64,000 nucleotides of DNA from Thermoplasmatota archaeon (GCA_048569615.1 JBLIRK010000002.1:8390-72389); one strand, 5' to 3'; positions 20,257 to 31,393 are shown, counted from the stretch's first letter. Numbers and translations: made by a program. The notes: generated by a model not told the origin, from the sequence alone.

Positions 20257-20883
20257 TCACCCCTCCCCTTCATCCGCCGTTAGATCGTAGTAATCATAGT
20301 CCATGGTCAGTGAGAATGAGTTGCCAGTGTCCTGGAAGCCCAATATAATTCCGGGAAGCCTCACGGGCACCCAGTTTCCCGCTGCGTCCATGGAGACGCT
20401 TACGGTCCAATTTCCGCTACCAGCGTTTCCCTCCTTGAAAGTATCTTTCAGGGTACTTTCCGGTACGACAACTTCAACCTCTATGGTCCCAGGTTGACCT
20501 ACGACGTTCCTCCCCACCTGTGAGCTCGTATTGCCGTAGGGATCCGCCACCGATACTGTGAACTGGTCCGGTTCGTTCTCATACTGGAAAACGGATGGTC
20601 TCGGCGTTGATGATTCATCGGACCAAGAGAGCCTCACGGTCATTGTCGTGATGACCCTGCCGCTCTCTGCAAGAGGATACTGTGCGCTTGCTCCGGTGTT
20701 CAACTCACCCGAATCGCCGGAGGAGCCTGATTGAAGCTCCAGTCCCTCGAACGGGTTCCCGGTATCAACACCCCCTGAACCCGAGCCAGCCGGAAGTTCA
20801 CCTCCGAAAACAAAGGAGGTCAGCATCATAGTGATGAAGACGCCTATGCCCATGAAGAAGACGAGCCTGTCCTTGCTGTTCAT
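20257..20883 (-). CDS. N-terminally anchored extracellular beta-sandwich protein, unknown function
   Basis: N-terminal TM, Gly/Ser-rich linker, LSWSDE...NEPDQF...GNWTVSV beta-rich domain; 3 bp from the OPT start. Confidence 0.7.
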   Translation of the reverse strand: MNSKDRLVFFMGIGVFITMMLTSFVFGGELPAGSGSGGVDTGNPFEGLELQSGSSGDSGELNTGASAQYPLAESGRVITTMTVRLSWSDESSTPRPSVFQYENEPDQFTVSVADPYGNTSSQVGRNVVGQPGTIEVEVVVPESTLKDTFKEGNAGSGNWTVSVSMDAAGNWVPVRLPGIILGFQDTGNSFSLTMDYDYYDLTADEGEG

Positions 20884-21001
20884 TGGATACCACGCCCTGG
20901 CCGAGTAAAGAGCCCGAAGGTAAGGGATGGGTTATCGGGCATGTGCAATATAAAGGTTCACCGGACCAGGTTGAAAAAGGAGCATGCTGAATGATCCTAT
21001 A

Positions 21002-24000
21002 TTACTCCTCACCGTCCTCCCATTCGCCCTCTACCTCCGTATATTCGATGGACTCGATCTGCGCCATGGCTTTCTTCCTCTGGTTCCTGGCATATACAAT
21101 CCCGAGAATTGCCGCCAGAACTACAATAACGATCACGATGATGGCGGCTATCATAAGGGTATTGTCATCTCCATCGGGTGAGGCGGTCCCTCCCGGCTCC
21201 CCTATCCTGACATCCTGCTCCCATGTGTCCGCGGGAATCCCACCGGGAATTCCCACCTGGACCCTTATGGTGTAATCCCCCTCCTCCATCGGGGCTGTGA
21301 AACCGATGCTCCAGAAGCCGTCATCATCGACGGTGACCTCCTTAGTTAGCACGCTCTCCCCGTCCTTGATAAGTGCCAATTTCACTATCCATCCCTCGGA
21401 ACCTATGGCTGTTCCCGATATGTTAACGGCGGCACCGGGTTCCCAACCTGTCTCATAGGAAGGGATGGACTGCACAGAGCCAAGTTCATGCACCTTGGAG
21501 TAGGAGGATGTTGTGGTTATCTCAAGAGTGAAAGGTTCCAGGAGAGGCTGCCCCTGGAGTCCGTATATCCCGGTTCCTATGGTCAGCCCGTAGCTCGCCT
21601 GCGCACCGAGGTACGGATACAACAATATTTCGGAACTCGTCAGCCACTGGACCTTGATGCCGTTCTCGTCGGGCTCGAAATCCAGAGCCTGCACGAACCT
21701 TGTCTTGTTCACGGTATGGGAAAGGGAGAGCCTCAGGGAGCCGTCAAGCGGGAAGGAACCCAGTTCTCCGGCATCCGGGTCAACTAGCTCGATTATTATC
21801 TCCGGCGGTCTGGTGGTAAATGTCGTGGTCCTTCCCAGAGGGAACATCGGTATCCCGTCCTCCCTTAAAAGGGAGGTTGAGATCCTGACGTGATAAAGGG
21901 TTCCCGTATCCAGTTCCTCATACGGGACAAAGGTCACGGATGTATTGCCGCCATCTGCCGAGTAGACACCGGTGACGGGTACGCTCGAGCCATCGGGAAC
22001 AAGAGAGATGGACCTCGTCCAATTGTCCCCGGACGGAGCCATTATCGGCTTCATGAAGGTCATCTGGATCTCTGTATCCGGCTCGACAGAGTCATCTCCA
22101 TCCTGCGGTATTATCGAGAACCAACCGGGAAGGAGATCAAGGTCTATGTCCCCCGCCTGATAGACCATTCCCGGTCTGACCTCCATCTCCATTTCATATG
22201 TTTCATATCCGTAGTAGGAGCCGTTGGCGGTCAATTCGGCGGTAAGGGACGGTCCTGAAAGATCGATTGTTATGTTGAAACTCCCTAGGGATGACGTCAT
22301 TCCTATAAAAGTACCGAACGAGACCTCGTAATCCTCTATCGCTCCTCCCTCGAAGAGCAGGGAGCCGTTTATGTACGAGAGGGCATAATCGGGTGTCCTA
22401 AAGACGAAGGAGAGCTCCTTCCAGAGAAGTTGAACGGAGCCCGAACTTGTTAAGAGCCCATCGCCTATGACGAGCTCGAAAAACGTCTCCATGGGCAGTG
22501 TGATAAGCGGATCGACCACATAAGTGAGCTCGTCCTGCTCCCCCGGAGGTGTAAGGTCTATCTTTCCGGCCCTGTCGCCGCTCTCGTCGAGCTCCCAGAG
22601 TGTGACGTTCAGGGAAGAGAAGACAATGGGTTCGGGGACATGGATGAGAAGGTCCGATTGGGGATCCACCGAACCGTCCGGATTTGCATCAACTGCTTCC
22701 ACCGTGACCGGAAGTTCATCCTCTGAAAGCGTGATGTTCATGTAGGACCTCTTTCCGGCCGAGACCTGGACGATATCCATCCTTGTGTTGTGATGGTCCG
22801 CTCCGATGTTGGCAAATACCGAACCCGTGGGAACCCTGGGGAACAGGACATTTCCAGAGGAATTTGTGTAAAGGATGAACTCGCCTTGATAGATCTTCTC
22901 ATCCTCCAGCTGCACCCATGCACCTTCCAGCGGTTTCTCCCCGGACTTCACGAAAACCTCCAAGGAACCCCAATCCTTCGGATCGATCTCGATCTCGGAA
23001 AGGTCCCTGATTTCTCCTTTTTCCACATCGACGGACGGGATCACAGTTCCATTGTAAAGATAGCTCTCCTCCACCTCCACCCTGTATGAACCCTTTGGGA
23101 TCGATTCGAAGCGGAATCCGCCGGATTCGTTGGTCTTCCTTCTCTGGTCCGAGATTATAATCCTGATATCCTTCACGGGTGTGCTGTCGGAAGAGCTCAC
23201 TATCCTTCCAACGACCTCGCCGGGGGGAAGCTCGGTTCGGAAGGTGCTCACCATAGCTCTCCATAGCGGGTATCCGCCTCCGTCTTCCTTCAGAGGCGTA
23301 TCGAGCCTTACTGCGTATTCCGTATCGAATTCCAGGGGCTCGACCGGATCGATATCGGCCTTCCTGTTCCCGTCCTTGGCCGCGAGGTCGAATTCCAGCT
23401 GCGTCATGCCCTCAACCTTCCATAGCTTGTAATTGGCCTCATTTGTGGTCGTGGTTGGATCCATTACCCTCCCGAAATCCACTGTGATGTTCTTGGTGAT
23501 GTTGACATCATTCCCTGTGGTCACCAGTCTGAAGGGCCAATCCTTTTCGGTCAGCCGGAAGGTGATGAAAGTGTCCCACCCTTCCTGCACGATCACATAA
23601 TCATGGACCTCTGTATCCGAGAGGGGTTTGAAATTGAGCTTTGTTACCTTCACGGTCGTATTCACCGATCTTACATTCTGATACGTCACGTTCCCTTCAG
23701 GGTCCGTGGCTTGTGTGAGGGGGAAAGGAGCGGTCGGGAAATCCAGGGGGTATTCCAACTCCACCCTTGCTCCTGGAAGAGGCTCCCCGCTCGTCTTGTT
23801 CAATACCTGTATGGTGAGGTTGCTCGTCGGGTAGGTAATGACTTCAAGAGAGCCTGCTGGAACATGGGTCGTATTGCCAGGGTAGATATGGGTAGGACAG
23901 ACGTACAGGTCCTTATCCTGGGCTGGCCCCTGATAATAATTGGGGAGTATGCCGACCCTGTAAGGCTGCAGCTTAAGATCCTGGGGGGGTGTTCCCCAGG

Positions 24001-24286
24001 TATCGGAATCTACAGTTATGTTGAAATTACCGGACAGATCTGCTGTGGCGTTAAAGAACAGCTGTGTGTCCGGGGGCTGGGCTTCCCTTCTCATCGTTTC
24101 GCATGATACCGTTATCTGGGTCGTGGCATTCCTGACCTTCCCGGCTATCCATGCATCAAGAGTACCAAACAAATTCTCCCCGCCTTCGACTTCGCGGGTG
24201 GCACCCATGACCAGGACCAGGGAAGCGGTCAATAATACTGCTGTTATCGCAGTGCAGGCGATCCTTCTTCGGAATTGCTCTTCCAT
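21002..24286 (-). CDS. Large surface protein with carboxypeptidase-regulatory-like and Big_5 Ig domains, C-terminal TM
   Basis: Signal peptide; EPLPGARV...TDPEGNV; IQMTFMKPI...VTFVPYEELDTGTLYHV; TM followed by a short acidic tail. Confidence 0.85.
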   Translation of the reverse strand: MEEQFRRRIACTAITAVLLTASLVLVMGATREVEGGENLFGTLDAWIAGKVRNATTQITVSCETMRREAQPPDTQLFFNATADLSGNFNITVDSDTWGTPPQDLKLQPYRVGILPNYYQGPAQDKDLYVCPTHIYPGNTTHVPAGSLEVITYPTSNLTIQVLNKTSGEPLPGARVELEYPLDFPTAPFPLTQATDPEGNVTYQNVRSVNTTVKVTKLNFKPLSDTEVHDYVIVQEGWDTFITFRLTEKDWPFRLVTTGNDVNITKNITVDFGRVMDPTTTTNEANYKLWKVEGMTQLEFDLAAKDGNRKADIDPVEPLEFDTEYAVRLDTPLKEDGGGYPLWRAMVSTFRTELPPGEVVGRIVSSSDSTPVKDIRIIISDQRRKTNESGGFRFESIPKGSYRVEVEESYLYNGTVIPSVDVEKGEIRDLSEIEIDPKDWGSLEVFVKSGEKPLEGAWVQLEDEKIYQGEFILYTNSSGNVLFPRVPTGSVFANIGADHHNTRMDIVQVSAGKRSYMNITLSEDELPVTVEAVDANPDGSVDPQSDLLIHVPEPIVFSSLNVTLWELDESGDRAGKIDLTPPGEQDELTYVVDPLITLPMETFFELVIGDGLLTSSGSVQLLWKELSFVFRTPDYALSYINGSLLFEGGAIEDYEVSFGTFIGMTSSLGSFNITIDLSGPSLTAELTANGSYYGYETYEMEMEVRPGMVYQAGDIDLDLLPGWFSIIPQDGDDSVEPDTEIQMTFMKPIMAPSGDNWTRSISLVPDGSSVPVTGVYSADGGNTSVTFVPYEELDTGTLYHVRISTSLLREDGIPMFPLGRTTTFTTRPPEIIIELVDPDAGELGSFPLDGSLRLSLSHTVNKTRFVQALDFEPDENGIKVQWLTSSEILLYPYLGAQASYGLTIGTGIYGLQGQPLLEPFTLEITTTSSYSKVHELGSVQSIPSYETGWEPGAAVNISGTAIGSEGWIVKLALIKDGESVLTKEVTVDDDGFWSIGFTAPMEEGDYTIRVQVGIPGGIPADTWEQDVRIGEPGGTASPDGDDNTLMIAAIIVIVIVVLAAILGIVYARNQRKKAMAQIESIEYTEVEGEWEDGEE

Positions 24287-24342
24287 CGGCTCAACCCCAT
24301 TTTCATGACTTCGGAATGTATCCCCTCATTAATTTTGAATAT

Positions 24343-24371
24343 AAAAAAAGGGTGGGCTCCTGCCCACCCTT
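24343..24371 (-). terminator. Hairpin plus U-tract terminator
   Basis: AAGGGTGGGC (24348-24357)/GCCCACCCTT (24362-24371) with 4-nt loop; T7 run on minus strand; about 20 bp after the stop at 24392. Confidence 0.7.
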
Positions 24372-24391
24372 GTCGGGTAGCTACAGAGGAT

Positions 24392-27300
24392 CTAATCCTC
24401 CTCCTCTTCCTCGAGCTCTTCCATGTCTTCCTCCTCGTCTTCCATTTCCATCTCTTCCTCCTCTTCCGCCTCCTCTTCCTCATCAAGCTCGTATTGGTCG
24501 GACATCTCCTCGTCTTCCTCGTCTTCCAGCTCCATGGATTCCTGGTCGGAGAAATCGTAGCCGCACTCGGAGCATTCCTCATCGTCGGGGTCCATCATGT
24601 TGCCGCACTTGGGGCACTTGTAGGCCTCTTCCTCGAACTCCGCCCCGCAGTGCGGGCAGACCGTATCATCCGCCGAAACCAGATGGTTGCACTCAGGACA
24701 CTCGAACTCCTCCTTCAGCTCCTCCTCGATATCCCTCTTCTTCGACTGGGTGTAGAGGAACACAACAAGGGCTGCGATGATCAGGACGAATATCCCGATT
24801 ATTATCCAAATCCACCAATCGAGTCCCCCGCCATTAACGTCTGGTTGTTCGCCAAGGAGAAGGTTTCTCGTGTATTCGTTCTTCAGGACGTCCTTGGAAG
24901 CGTGGTAAACCTCTATCAGGAGCTTGTAGTTGCCGTACTCGAAATCCGTGAAGTCCAGGTCCACCTGTTTCTGCTCCCCGAGGGCCAGGTTGATTGTCAC
25001 AAGCTCATCGTATTCGGAGTCATCCTGGGATTCCAGTTTGATGTAAACAACTACCTTTATCGGGTAGCCGGCATCGTTCGTCACGGTGACGGTCAAGGGT
25101 CCTGCCCTCTGCGCATCGGAGGGAAGCTCGGGGAACGGCTCCAGATCCCTGTCCAAAACATTGATGGTTGTGAAATAGACGAGGAAATCGGTTTCTATCC
25201 TGGCTCCGTTCGCACCGTACTCGCCGGATTCGATAAGGATGTAGTATTCGGTGACGCTCTCGAACTCGTCATGGGTGATCTCCACCCTCCTGCCCGGATT
25301 CTGCCAGTCGAATTCAATGTTTCCAACCGGCTCCTCCGTCTCGGCATTGTAAAGCTGGAACGCCGCCTCGATCATCGTCTCGTTCACCTCATACGGTGAA
25401 AAGAACAGGGTTATCTCCTGGTCGGTCTTCACCTCGTCATTTTCAATATCGGCCTGCGGGGGAGTCTGCAGCGTGATGGTGACGGGCAGAAGGGATGTCC
25501 TTATCTCTATCTTCTCTCCCCTCACAAGAGCCGGGAGGCCGTCCGCGGCTATGAGCTCCCGGTCGAACTCACCATCGGGGAAATCGGAAACTGACAGGAC
25601 GTAATCCTGGTCGAAATCCAGATCCTGGACGGGATTTATCATCACCACCTTCCCATCCTCCGAGATGTTGACGGCTATCTCCTCCTTCACAGTGGACCTC
25701 AGCGTGAAGTTCTCTACGAAGGTTGATATGTCGTTGTGATTCAGTTCCTTGGAGAAGGTTAGCTGGATATTTCCGCCCGGTACCATTCGGCCCTTCCAAT
25801 CCTTGGGGTAGAATACCGAGAACCAGTCAGGCAGCCTCTCAAGCTCGAAATCCGTATTGTTCAGGGATCCGCCCGAAATGAGTTTCTTACCTGGTATCTC
25901 ATTCACCGATAGACCCAGTTCGGTCCCGTTGGCTATCACCGATACGCCTGTGAGCTCCACTTGTTCCATGGGAATGTCAACGAGATAGTAACCATTGTTG
26001 GTTGTGAGATCCTGGCCCAGGACATTTCCTCCCTGCATTACCTTGACGGATATCCCTCCAACAGGTTTTTCGTTCACCATGACCCTTCCGTTCACAGCCG
26101 CGCTGTCCAGAGATTCTGTCTTGAAATGGACCGTCACATCCCTCCAGAGAGGATTTAGGCCTGATTGATCGGCCACGTCTTCCTTCACAACAAGTGAGTA
26201 ATCCTTGTTGTATTCCAGATCTGACCTGGGATCGACATACCACCTTTTGTATCCCGTTTCGTTGTAAATGTCAACCGGTACAGAAACCGCTCCGGGTCCA
26301 ATGATGTATATATTGTCGGAGTTCATCGTATCAATGTTCATATTCACTTTGAAATCAAGGATGAAATTGCTCTCCACATCTATAATGGGAGGAGGCGATC
26401 CTGGAATGAGATCTATATCGACCGTTCTTCCCCTTGCTTTGATATCGATGGGGAGATTGTTCTCCACCATAGTAACGTTCCTCACCGTACGGTCCTCATC
26501 CTCCGGGAAGACCTGGAATTGTTTATCATCGTAGTTCGGATAAGTGGCCCTGAACTGGGTGGTGATGTCTTTTCTGATATCGGGGAAATCGACCATGCCC
26601 AGGGCATCAGTTACCAGAGATTCCATCGTGAACTGGTTCGTGATCGTGACTCCCTCCATCGGCTCCTCGTCCTCGTTCATCACATGGAACTCGATGGTTC
26701 TAACGGGGTGTTTGTTCAAGACCAGCCCTTCGATGAGCAGCTCGTCGCCCCTTTGGATGGTAAAATCAACTCCCTGGGGATCTCCGAAATAGAGGTACTG
26801 ATCTATCGATCCGCCCGTGTATGTCGCCGTGGGACCGAAAACATAGATCGTGTGAGCGCCGTCCGACTCTATCGTTACGTTGAATTGGCCGTCGACGAGC
26901 TCCTCCTTGAAATTTGAATCAATGTTGTACAATGAACCGTCGGGTGCAGGGTCCATTGTGCCGTTGATAAGTACGGTCCCGTAGATGAAACCGGGTTTCA
27001 CATGCGTTGTGAATGATGATGTGAATGTCCTCCAAAGGATCTCAGTTCCCGTTTCATTCTGGACCCTTGGAGTCACATATATGTTGTATTTGGTGTTGTA
27101 TTCCAGGTCCTGCTGGGGAATGAGGTAAACCAGGTCACCGCTGGGATTCCAACTGTAGGAAAGGGGTACATTTCCTCCGCCCTCCTTCTCGAGCCAAACG
27201 GTATTCTGGTTAATTGTTCCCTTCGACATAGGATCGTCGAAGATGACGAAGATATTGGTCTTTGTCTTGTTCGATTCCACCTTGGTCGCCCCATCGCTGG

Positions 27301-28120
27301 GGCTGAAAGACTTCACCAGAGGGTCCTCGATAAGCGTTATCCCGTAGCTCTCCGTTTGATCCTCCGAGATAACGAACCGCTCGTAGCCGAAACCGTTCGG
27401 AGTGTTAAAATGCTCCTTGACGAAGTTGACGGTTATGTTGTTCTCGGGATTGTCGATACCTGTCTGGAGTCCGTAGAAGACCACATTCCCGGATGCGTCA
27501 GTTCTGAGGTCCGATCTGGCCGAGTTGAACGGAGGATGTTTTGGGAAATTGAACTCCACCCCCTCGAGGGGCTCCCCTGAGGATCCGTTATAGACGGTCA
27601 GAGCAAGGTTGCCGAGCTCACCAGGTATGAACTCCAGCGTTCCATTGGGAATATTGTACGGCAGCGGAGTGCTCTGCCAGAATACCCACGGAACCGGCAT
27701 ATTGTAGATCCCCCCTCCCGTTTCATTGTATCCGTACCTGTCAACCAGCTGGAAAATGAACGGGACCGAATGGTCATGCAGGTCGAAGCGTGTGAATTCC
27801 AGGGTGAACTCCATTGTATTGGTGTTCCAATCCGCAGGCCAGTTTGCTATATACGGCCCAAGACCATCGTTCGGGGGTGTAGCATTCGTATTCAATCCGG
27901 AAACCTGAATGGTAGTGTTCATATCCTCTATACCATATACTGCGTCATTATAATTGACAGCATCGAGGTTTGCTATGAAACCATGGAAATATCTCTCATT
28001 CGCCCATACCGGGGCAATGGGAGCATCACCGCTCGTGGGTGTTGAAATCACCATAACAGCAGACAATGTCATCAACATGACCGCAAACATGACGGAGCAT
28101 TTTCTAATTTTCATTTTCAC
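24392..28120 (-). CDS. Large surface protein (Big_5 and carboxypeptidase-regulatory-like domains) with TM, cytoplasmic zinc ribbons and acidic tail
   Basis: Signal peptide; SFSPSDGAT...IFVIFDDPM Big_5 repeats; TM WWIWIIIGIFV; CPEC/CPHC/CPKC/CSEC; poly-Glu end. Similar architecture to 21002-24286. Confidence 0.85.
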   Translation of the reverse strand: MKMKIRKCSVMFAVMLMTLSAVMVISTPTSGDAPIAPVWANERYFHGFIANLDAVNYNDAVYGIEDMNTTIQVSGLNTNATPPNDGLGPYIANWPADWNTNTMEFTLEFTRFDLHDHSVPFIFQLVDRYGYNETGGGIYNMPVPWVFWQSTPLPYNIPNGTLEFIPGELGNLALTVYNGSSGEPLEGVEFNFPKHPPFNSARSDLRTDASGNVVFYGLQTGIDNPENNITVNFVKEHFNTPNGFGYERFVISEDQTESYGITLIEDPLVKSFSPSDGATKVESNKTKTNIFVIFDDPMSKGTINQNTVWLEKEGGGNVPLSYSWNPSGDLVYLIPQQDLEYNTKYNIYVTPRVQNETGTEILWRTFTSSFTTHVKPGFIYGTVLINGTMDPAPDGSLYNIDSNFKEELVDGQFNVTIESDGAHTIYVFGPTATYTGGSIDQYLYFGDPQGVDFTIQRGDELLIEGLVLNKHPVRTIEFHVMNEDEEPMEGVTITNQFTMESLVTDALGMVDFPDIRKDITTQFRATYPNYDDKQFQVFPEDEDRTVRNVTMVENNLPIDIKARGRTVDIDLIPGSPPPIIDVESNFILDFKVNMNIDTMNSDNIYIIGPGAVSVPVDIYNETGYKRWYVDPRSDLEYNKDYSLVVKEDVADQSGLNPLWRDVTVHFKTESLDSAAVNGRVMVNEKPVGGISVKVMQGGNVLGQDLTTNNGYYLVDIPMEQVELTGVSVIANGTELGLSVNEIPGKKLISGGSLNNTDFELERLPDWFSVFYPKDWKGRMVPGGNIQLTFSKELNHNDISTFVENFTLRSTVKEEIAVNISEDGKVVMINPVQDLDFDQDYVLSVSDFPDGEFDRELIAADGLPALVRGEKIEIRTSLLPVTITLQTPPQADIENDEVKTDQEITLFFSPYEVNETMIEAAFQLYNAETEEPVGNIEFDWQNPGRRVEITHDEFESVTEYYILIESGEYGANGARIETDFLVYFTTINVLDRDLEPFPELPSDAQRAGPLTVTVTNDAGYPIKVVVYIKLESQDDSEYDELVTINLALGEQKQVDLDFTDFEYGNYKLLIEVYHASKDVLKNEYTRNLLLGEQPDVNGGGLDWWIWIIIGIFVLIIAALVVFLYTQSKKRDIEEELKEEFECPECNHLVSADDTVCPHCGAEFEEEAYKCPKCGNMMDPDDEECSECGYDFSDQESMELEDEEDEEMSDQYELDEEEEAEEEEEMEMEDEEEDMEELEEEEED

Positions 28121-28380
28121 ACCTTCTCCAATTTGCCGTTTTTTATTCCACCTTGGGTATTTATCCTCTTTCGTTAAGGTCCGAAACCCTCTGGACTATA
28201 CTCGGGATGTGCATTATTTAAAATTTTCCGTCTGACTTTCTTATCTTTTATAAGCTTTTATATACGATTTCGAAATCTATAGTAATCAGCTATTTCTCCT
28301 AGAGAAAAAGTTCAAATAATATTGAGTACATTCAAAATTAACTAAATAAATATACTGGACCAAGTGATGGAGAATGACAT

Positions 28381-28785
28381 ATGGTTGAAATGATGGGCTT
28401 GATAGAATATTTGAATATATTGAATGATGATAAACGTTGCATCGTGATGGATTTCCTTTACGAAAGGCCGAGCGGCTCCTCATTCAAGGACATCTCGAAA
28501 GCAACTAATATATCTCCCACAGCCCTTGCATACCACCTCAAACATCTTGCCAGGACGGGATTGGTGCAGAAAGAGTTCAGGAACATCGAGGGCAGGAGGG
28601 ACTATTCCTTCTATACAGCAACAGAGAAGGGCAAGATCATATACACCATGATAGAGGCTGCTTATCGGAGGGAGTCCATGATCGAAAGGGGGGTAGCGGG
28701 TCTGGCGGACCATGGCAGCCTGATAATCCTACCTTCAAGGATAGGACCCCGTTGTTTCACCATCCAACCTGAAGGGGAGGAGTGA
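28381..28785 (+). CDS. ArsR-like winged-helix transcriptional regulator
   Basis: SFKDISKATNISPTALAYHLKHLARTGLV...YTATEKG. Confidence 0.85.
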   Translation: MVEMMGLIEYLNILNDDKRCIVMDFLYERPSGSSFKDISKATNISPTALAYHLKHLARTGLVQKEFRNIEGRRDYSFYTATEKGKIIYTMIEAAYRRESMIERGVAGLADHGSLIILPSRIGPRCFTIQPEGEE

Positions 28786-29156
28786 AAATGACTGAGAAGA
28801 AATCCCAGAAAAGCGGACAGGACCTGAAGATCGTTAGGAGCTCGGACCACCGCAGCCATTACGTGATCGGGGCGATTCCCCAGTGGACGGATACGGACCT
28901 GAGACTTCATCTTTACAACGAGGTAATGGAAGGTCCCGGGGGACCCTATTATGTTTCCACCTCACTGATAATCCTGCCGAAAAACACCGTTTCCAAACTG
29001 CTCGATGTTCTGAAGGCCGCCGTCAGATCGGAGGGGGTTGTACAGCAAACTGAGGCAAGCGCCCTTCCGCTTGATGTTGCCATTGCCGTAGATAGGGAGA
29101 TCTTCGAGAGGGAGAAGAAACCAAAAAAGAAAGTACAGAAGATAAGAAGAAGATGA
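28782..29156 (+). CDS. Hypothetical protein, DUF3467-like
   Basis: Overlaps the regulator stop (GTGA); RSHYVIGAIPQWTDTDLRLHLY...IILPKNTVSKLLDVL resembles DUF3467. Confidence 0.55.
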   Translation: MKMTEKKSQKSGQDLKIVRSSDHRSHYVIGAIPQWTDTDLRLHLYNEVMEGPGGPYYVSTSLIILPKNTVSKLLDVLKAAVRSEGVVQQTEASALPLDVAIAVDREIFEREKKPKKKVQKIRRR

Positions 29157-29161
29157 TTTCG

Positions 29162-29530
29162 TCAGGAAAGGGCTGTTTTGACAGCGTTCCTTATCGTATC
29201 GATGTCCGCGGGCTTCTCCAGAAAACAGTCGATGCCCATTTCCTTGACCGTATCCCTTATGGACTCATCGGCGGTCAGGAACAGTATCCTCTGGTCCGGA
29301 TCCATCTCCAGAACGGACTGGGCAAGGTCCGTTCCCGACATTATAGGCATCCTGTGGTCTATGATGATAAGGTCGGGCTTCTTCTCTAGCCCTTTGTAGT
29401 ATCTGAGCGCTATCTCTCCGTTCAAAGATTGGGCCACTATCCTGTGGCCCATATCCTCCAGTATGATCGCCATCAGCTGCTGTATCGTTGGTTCGTCATC
29501 AACTATCATAATATCGGCCATTGGAACCAC
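29162..29530 (-). CDS. Stand-alone response regulator receiver (CheY-like)
   Basis: IMIVDDE, DLIIIDHRMP, FLTA, EKP. Confidence 0.9.
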   Translation of the reverse strand: MVPMADIMIVDDEPTIQQLMAIILEDMGHRIVAQSLNGEIALRYYKGLEKKPDLIIIDHRMPIMSGTDLAQSVLEMDPDQRILFLTADESIRDTVKEMGIDCFLEKPADIDTIRNAVKTALS

Positions 29531-29623
29531 CTGGAAGGACTGGAGACAGCTACATTTTTCAAATCGAATATTACCCTTAATAAAGCTACCTCTTTGTTAT
29601 CGATATTGATATCCATACACTGC

Positions 29624-31393
29624 TCAAAGGGCTTCCAGCTCGTCCTTGACCTCTTTACTGACCTTTCGACCGGAATCCGAAAAATCCTCGTTCTTCATCT
29701 TTGCCATTCTCGATATGGACACCCTGCATTTAGCTCCACGGATGGCATCAACGGAGGCTCCCCTCCCCACCGCGGATTGGGCAAGGTCGTTGAAGAGGAG
29801 TATTATCCTAAGCATCCCGACCTGCTTTGATTCGGGGCAGAAGGAATCCACATCATGGAAGGCGTTCTGCTGAAGGAAATCCTCCCTGAGCATTCTTGTG
29901 GTTTCCAGCGTGACCTGCTGCGAAGGAGGAAGTGCATCCGGGCCTACAAGCTGGATGATCTCCTGGAGCTCGGCCTCCTGCTGGAGAAGGGCCATCGCCT
30001 TGCTCCTCATATCCATCCAATCACTGCTGATATTTGATCTCCACCAGTGCTCCACCTTATCCATGTATAGGGAGTAGGATTTCAACCAGTTTATGGATGG
30101 GAAATGCCTCTTATCGGCAAGGTTCGAGTCAAGGGCCCAGAAGACCTTGACTATCCTCAATGTGTTCTGGGTCACCGGTTCGGAGAAATCACCGCCCGGT
30201 GGTGAAACTGCGCCAATCACCGATATCGAGCCGGTTCTCTCCTTTGCCGTCAGGCAGGTGACCGAGCCCGACCTCTCATAGAAATTGGCGAGCCTTGATG
30301 AGAGATATGCCGGATACCCCTCCTCCCCCGGCATCTCCTCGAGCCTTCCGGATATCTCCCTCAGCGCCTCTGCCCATCTTGATGTGGAATCTGCCATCAG
30401 CGCCACATCGTATCCCATATCCCTGAAATATTCGGCAATGGTTATGCCGGTATAGACGCTTGCCTCCCTGGCGGCCACGGGCATGTTCGATGTATTTGCG
30501 ATAAGGACGGTCCTAGACATCAAAGGCTCCTTTGTCCTCGGATCCTCCAGGCGGGGGAACTCCCTGAGGACATCGGTCATCTCATTGCCCCTCTCGCCGC
30601 AACCTATGTAAACGATCACGTCCGCATCGCTCCATTTTGCTAGCTGATGCTGCGTGACCGTCTTTCCCGTTCCGAAACCTCCGGGAATTGCGGCAGTTCC
30701 CCCCTTGGCGATGGGAAAGAACGTATCCAATATCCTCTGTCCGGTTATCAGCGGGACCTTTGGATCCATCTTCTTCTTGAATGGCCTGGGCATCCTCACG
30801 GGCCACCTCTGGACCATCTTAACTTCCTTGTCGGGAGTACCCGCAATGGTGCAGATAGTCTCATCTATGGTGTAAGGTCCCTTTTGGGCTATCCTCTTCA
30901 CGGCGCCCTCAAGTCCGGGGGGGACCATTACCATGTGCTTAACGGTACTTGTCTCCTGGACCCACCCGATGATGTCACCGCCGGTCAGCCGGTCTCCTTC
31001 CTTGGCGGAGGGATTGAACTCCCACCTCTTTTCGTGATCTAGGGGCCTGACGGATACTCCCCTTGATATGAAATCCCCGGTTCTCTCCATGATGGATTCG
31101 AGTGGCCTCTGGATGCCGTCATATATCATTGACATCAGTCCGGGTCCCAGTTCCACGGAAAGTGGCTCCCCGGTCTTTTCCACCGGCTCTCCGGGAGATA
31201 TTCCCGTTGTCTCCTCGTAAACCTGGACCGTAGCCGTATCATCCTCAAGTTCGATGATCTCGCCGATCAGCCTCTCTTCCCCCACGAGCACGACATCATA
31301 CATCTTGGCTCCCCTCATTCCAACGGCCTTGACAACCGGCCCGGCGATCATCTCTATGGTCCCGGAGACCTGCGATGGCTGTTCATCGATCAT
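29624..31393 (-). CDS. atpA: A1Ao-ATP synthase subunit A
   Basis: Walker [28 protein letters not shown]; no intein. Confidence 0.97.
   Translation of the reverse strand: MIDEQPSQVSGTIEMIAGPVVKAVGMRGAKMYDVVLVGEERLIGEIIELEDDTATVQVYEETTGISPGEPVEKTGEPLSVELGPGLMSMIYDGIQRPLESIMERTGDFISRGVSVRPLDHEKRWEFNPSAKEGDRLTGGDIIGWVQETSTVKHMVMVPPGLEGAVKRIAQKGPYTIDETICTIAGTPDKEVKMVQRWPVRMPRPFKKKMDPKVPLITGQRILDTFFPIAKGGTAAIPGGFGTGKTVTQHQLAKWSDADVIVYIGCGERGNEMTDVLREFPRLEDPRTKEPLMSRTVLIANTSNMPVAAREASVYTGITIAEYFRDMGYDVALMADSTSRWAEALREISGRLEEMPGEEGYPAYLSSRLANFYERSGSVTCLTAKERTGSISVIGAVSPPGGDFSEPVTQNTLRIVKVFWALDSNLADKRHFPSINWLKSYSLYMDKVEHWWRSNISSDWMDMRSKAMALLQQEAELQEIIQLVGPDALPPSQQVTLETTRMLREDFLQQNAFHDVDSFCPESKQVGMLRIILLFNDLAQSAVGRGASVDAIRGAKCRVSISRMAKMKNEDFSDSGRKVSKEVKDELEAL

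Noticed and set aside
24395..24540. Repetitive CTC/TTC DNA (also about 17250-17560) as repeat or CRISPR array
   Set aside because: Codons of Glu/Asp-rich tails; no repeat-spacer structure.
24275..25399. Long antisense ORFs (also 61382-62719, 16763-17614, 45855-46814, 4060-4947)
   Set aside because: Shadows of real genes on the opposite strand, with no motifs or RBS.
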